64,000 nt of DNA from Candidatus Poribacteria bacterium (GTDB lineage Bacteria; Poribacteria; WGA-4E; WGA-3G), in NCBI GenBank assembly GCA_963665235.2, contig CAXXLX010000002.1:416001-480000 (forward strand), in the 5' to 3' direction. Shown in pieces: positions 62,232 through 64,000 of this stretch. Within the stretch, counting starts at the first letter, position 1. The number at the start of each line of letters is the position of its first letter. A program made the translations under genes and the position numbers. Below the pieces are notes generated by a model. That model ran no database searches. It was not told the origin of the DNA and saw nothing but the letters and a program-made list of their open reading frames with translations.

Positions 62232-64000
62232 CTATACCAGTCCTGCCCGTTTTCGGAAGAACCACTCAAACCCTAATAGCAGAAGAATTAATCCGAAAAT
62301 CAGGGGTACATCCCAAATATCAACATCGGTTATCTGAGACGTGGCACTCTCTACAAGTGAAATTTGGTTCACCAATTGGTCAGCCTCTTCAATCGGGTAG
62401 TATTTACCCCCGCTCATATTTGCAAGCGTTGTGAGGAGCGGCACATTGAGCGCTGCATCACTGAACTCTACATAAGAGGGTTTAACCTCAAAAAGTGCTT
62501 GCTGTTCCTGCAACGTTTCTCCGTTAAGCGTGCCTAATGCAGTGACAGTGTATTCGCCGTAGCGGTTCGGAATAAACCGTGCTGTATAGAGCCCATCTTG
62601 ACCTAGCACCTGCTCAAGTGTAAGTTCTTTCCGTTTACCTGTGTCGTCCACGATAACAGTGCGTAATTTCGCAGCGTTGGTCAACGCAAAGTTTTTATCC
62701 GTTGCCGTAACCTCAATCACGACGGGTTCTTTTAGCGTATAGGCGGTTTTAGCGAGGTTAAGTTTAATTGTATCCTTCGGTGCAGTTGTAAGCCACTTCG
62801 CGACCTGTCGCCAGAAGCGTCCATGGCTGTCATCTTCATGGGGGAGCCCACGCTGCCACCGCCATGAGCTGACTGGCGTAAATACCATAACCCGTCCTGC
62901 GTTGTAATTATGCGTTGCGACGAGAATGCGATTGCCAAATTGGTTGCTTTCAGTAGGGTGTTCAGCGAGAATTGTCGCTCCTGCCTTGGCACGCTTAACT
63001 TTACTATAAACGCCATTGAAAGTGGGCAGTTTAGCCCAGCGCTGCAAATTCTCGGTCGGTGTCTCTGCTAACGCCATCAATGTCTCTGTTTTGCCTTCTG
63101 CTGTTAATTTTAATTTGTACCCTTCATTTCGCGGTATCTGTGAAGGGAAGAGATGAGTCGGTGCCACGGGAGGGGGCGCGCCTAATTCCAATTCAACCGG
63201 GAGCACTTCAGCGAGCGGGGTATTGAGATATGCCCCGGATACATCAGGATTCCCTAGAGAAAATTGTCCACCTAACATCAAAAATCCGCCGCCGCGCGTC
63301 CGGACGAACTCAGCTGTGTCTTCAAGCTGCGTGCTTGTAAAATCGGTAGCCGGAAGATTGCCGAAAATAATCGCGTCAAAATCGAAAAGCACCTCTCTTG
63401 ACTCCGGATAGAAGTTGAATTCCTGCCCTATGCTGCTTGTTGTGCCACCGTAGCTGCTTATACTCTTTTTATATCGGACAGTTAATATGATATTCGGGTC
63501 GTCTTCTAGGGCACGTCTGATGTCTTTGAATTCCTTGCCCGGATTTCCAATATATAGGATTTTTGAACGATTTGCCGGGGCGACTTTTAAAATAAACGTT
63601 TGTGTATTGTTTTGTGGAATCGCTTCGTCCGGTTCAGGCAGCACGCGCACCTCATATTTCCGTGTGCCCGGCTGCCGCGGCGTAAATTTAAGCGGAACCC
63701 GCGCAGTGTCCATATTAAGTGATACAGTCGTTGTTTTCAGGATTCGACCGTTCTCTATTAATTGGAGTGTGAGCTCCTTTCCCTTGTAGCCAGTGCGCTT
63801 CACCGTGGCGGATATGTCGACAGGAAAATCCTCTTCAGCGGTACGCGGTACATCAAGTTTGATCAGTTCCAGGTCCGGGTTACCCTCTTCCGCGCCGATG
63901 CCAACGGTATGTATAGGCAACTTCCGTTCCCGCACCCGCATCCCCAATTTTGCGATGTCTGTTCCACTCTTATCCGCGCCATCTGTTAAAATAACGGCAC
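62232..64000 (-). CDS. VWA + Ig-like + glutamine amidotransferase-like membrane protein (5' partial)
   Basis: Frame open to the window edge (ILTDG VWA motif); GGGFLMLGG, LAEVLPV, WRW, C-terminal EWFFRKRAGL. Confidence 0.8.
   Translation of the reverse strand, partial: AVILTDGADKSGTDIAKLGMRVRERKLPIHTVGIGAEEGNPDLELIKLDVPRTAEEDFPVDISATVKRTGYKGKELTLQLIENGRILKTTTVSLNMDTARVPLKFTPRQPGTRKYEVRVLPEPDEAIPQNNTQTFILKVAPANRSKILYIGNPGKEFKDIRRALEDDPNIILTVRYKKSISSYGGTTSSIGQEFNFYPESREVLFDFDAIIFGNLPATDFTSTQLEDTAEFVRTRGGGFLMLGGQFSLGNPDVSGAYLNTPLAEVLPVELELGAPPPVAPTHLFPSQIPRNEGYKLKLTAEGKTETLMALAETPTENLQRWAKLPTFNGVYSKVKRAKAGATILAEHPTESNQFGNRILVATHNYNAGRVMVFTPVSSWRWQRGLPHEDDSHGRFWRQVAKWLTTAPKDTIKLNLAKTAYTLKEPVVIEVTATDKNFALTNAAKLRTVIVDDTGKRKELTLEQVLGQDGLYTARFIPNRYGEYTVTALGTLNGETLQEQQALFEVKPSYVEFSDAALNVPLLTTLANMSGGKYYPIEEADQLVNQISLVESATSQITDVDIWDVPLIFGLILLLLGFEWFFRKRAGLV

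Overview
Bacterial genomic window. Candidatus Poribacteria is my guess from gene content and repeat style; it is not proven. Housekeeping and metabolic genes include MoxR, a sulfatase, glnA-glnB with a sigma54 promoter, dcd, glcF, larE, def, hflX, smpB with tmRNA, tRNA-Leu(CAA), a flotillin operon, an AlgI/AlgJ-type O-acetylation cluster and a Gld-like ABC transporter. These are interrupted by a defence island (hsdM/hsdS with no hsdR, DUF1828, MNT-like, OLD-like ATPase, DUF4062-HATPase) and many mobile elements: an intact tnpB-only IS605-type element that truncates a mazF, a 611-bp non-coding IS605-type element behind glnB, a decayed ISAs1, and four MITE families with readable target-site duplications, some carrying GTAG-REP arrays of variable copy number. 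The strongest observation is an archaeal-type geranylgeranyl reductase (14254-13058, minus strand) downstream of a 4Fe-4S ferredoxin. Its conserved active-site Cys codon is an in-frame TGA followed by a bacterial SECIS-like hairpin, so it is a probable selenoprotein that the ORF caller truncated.
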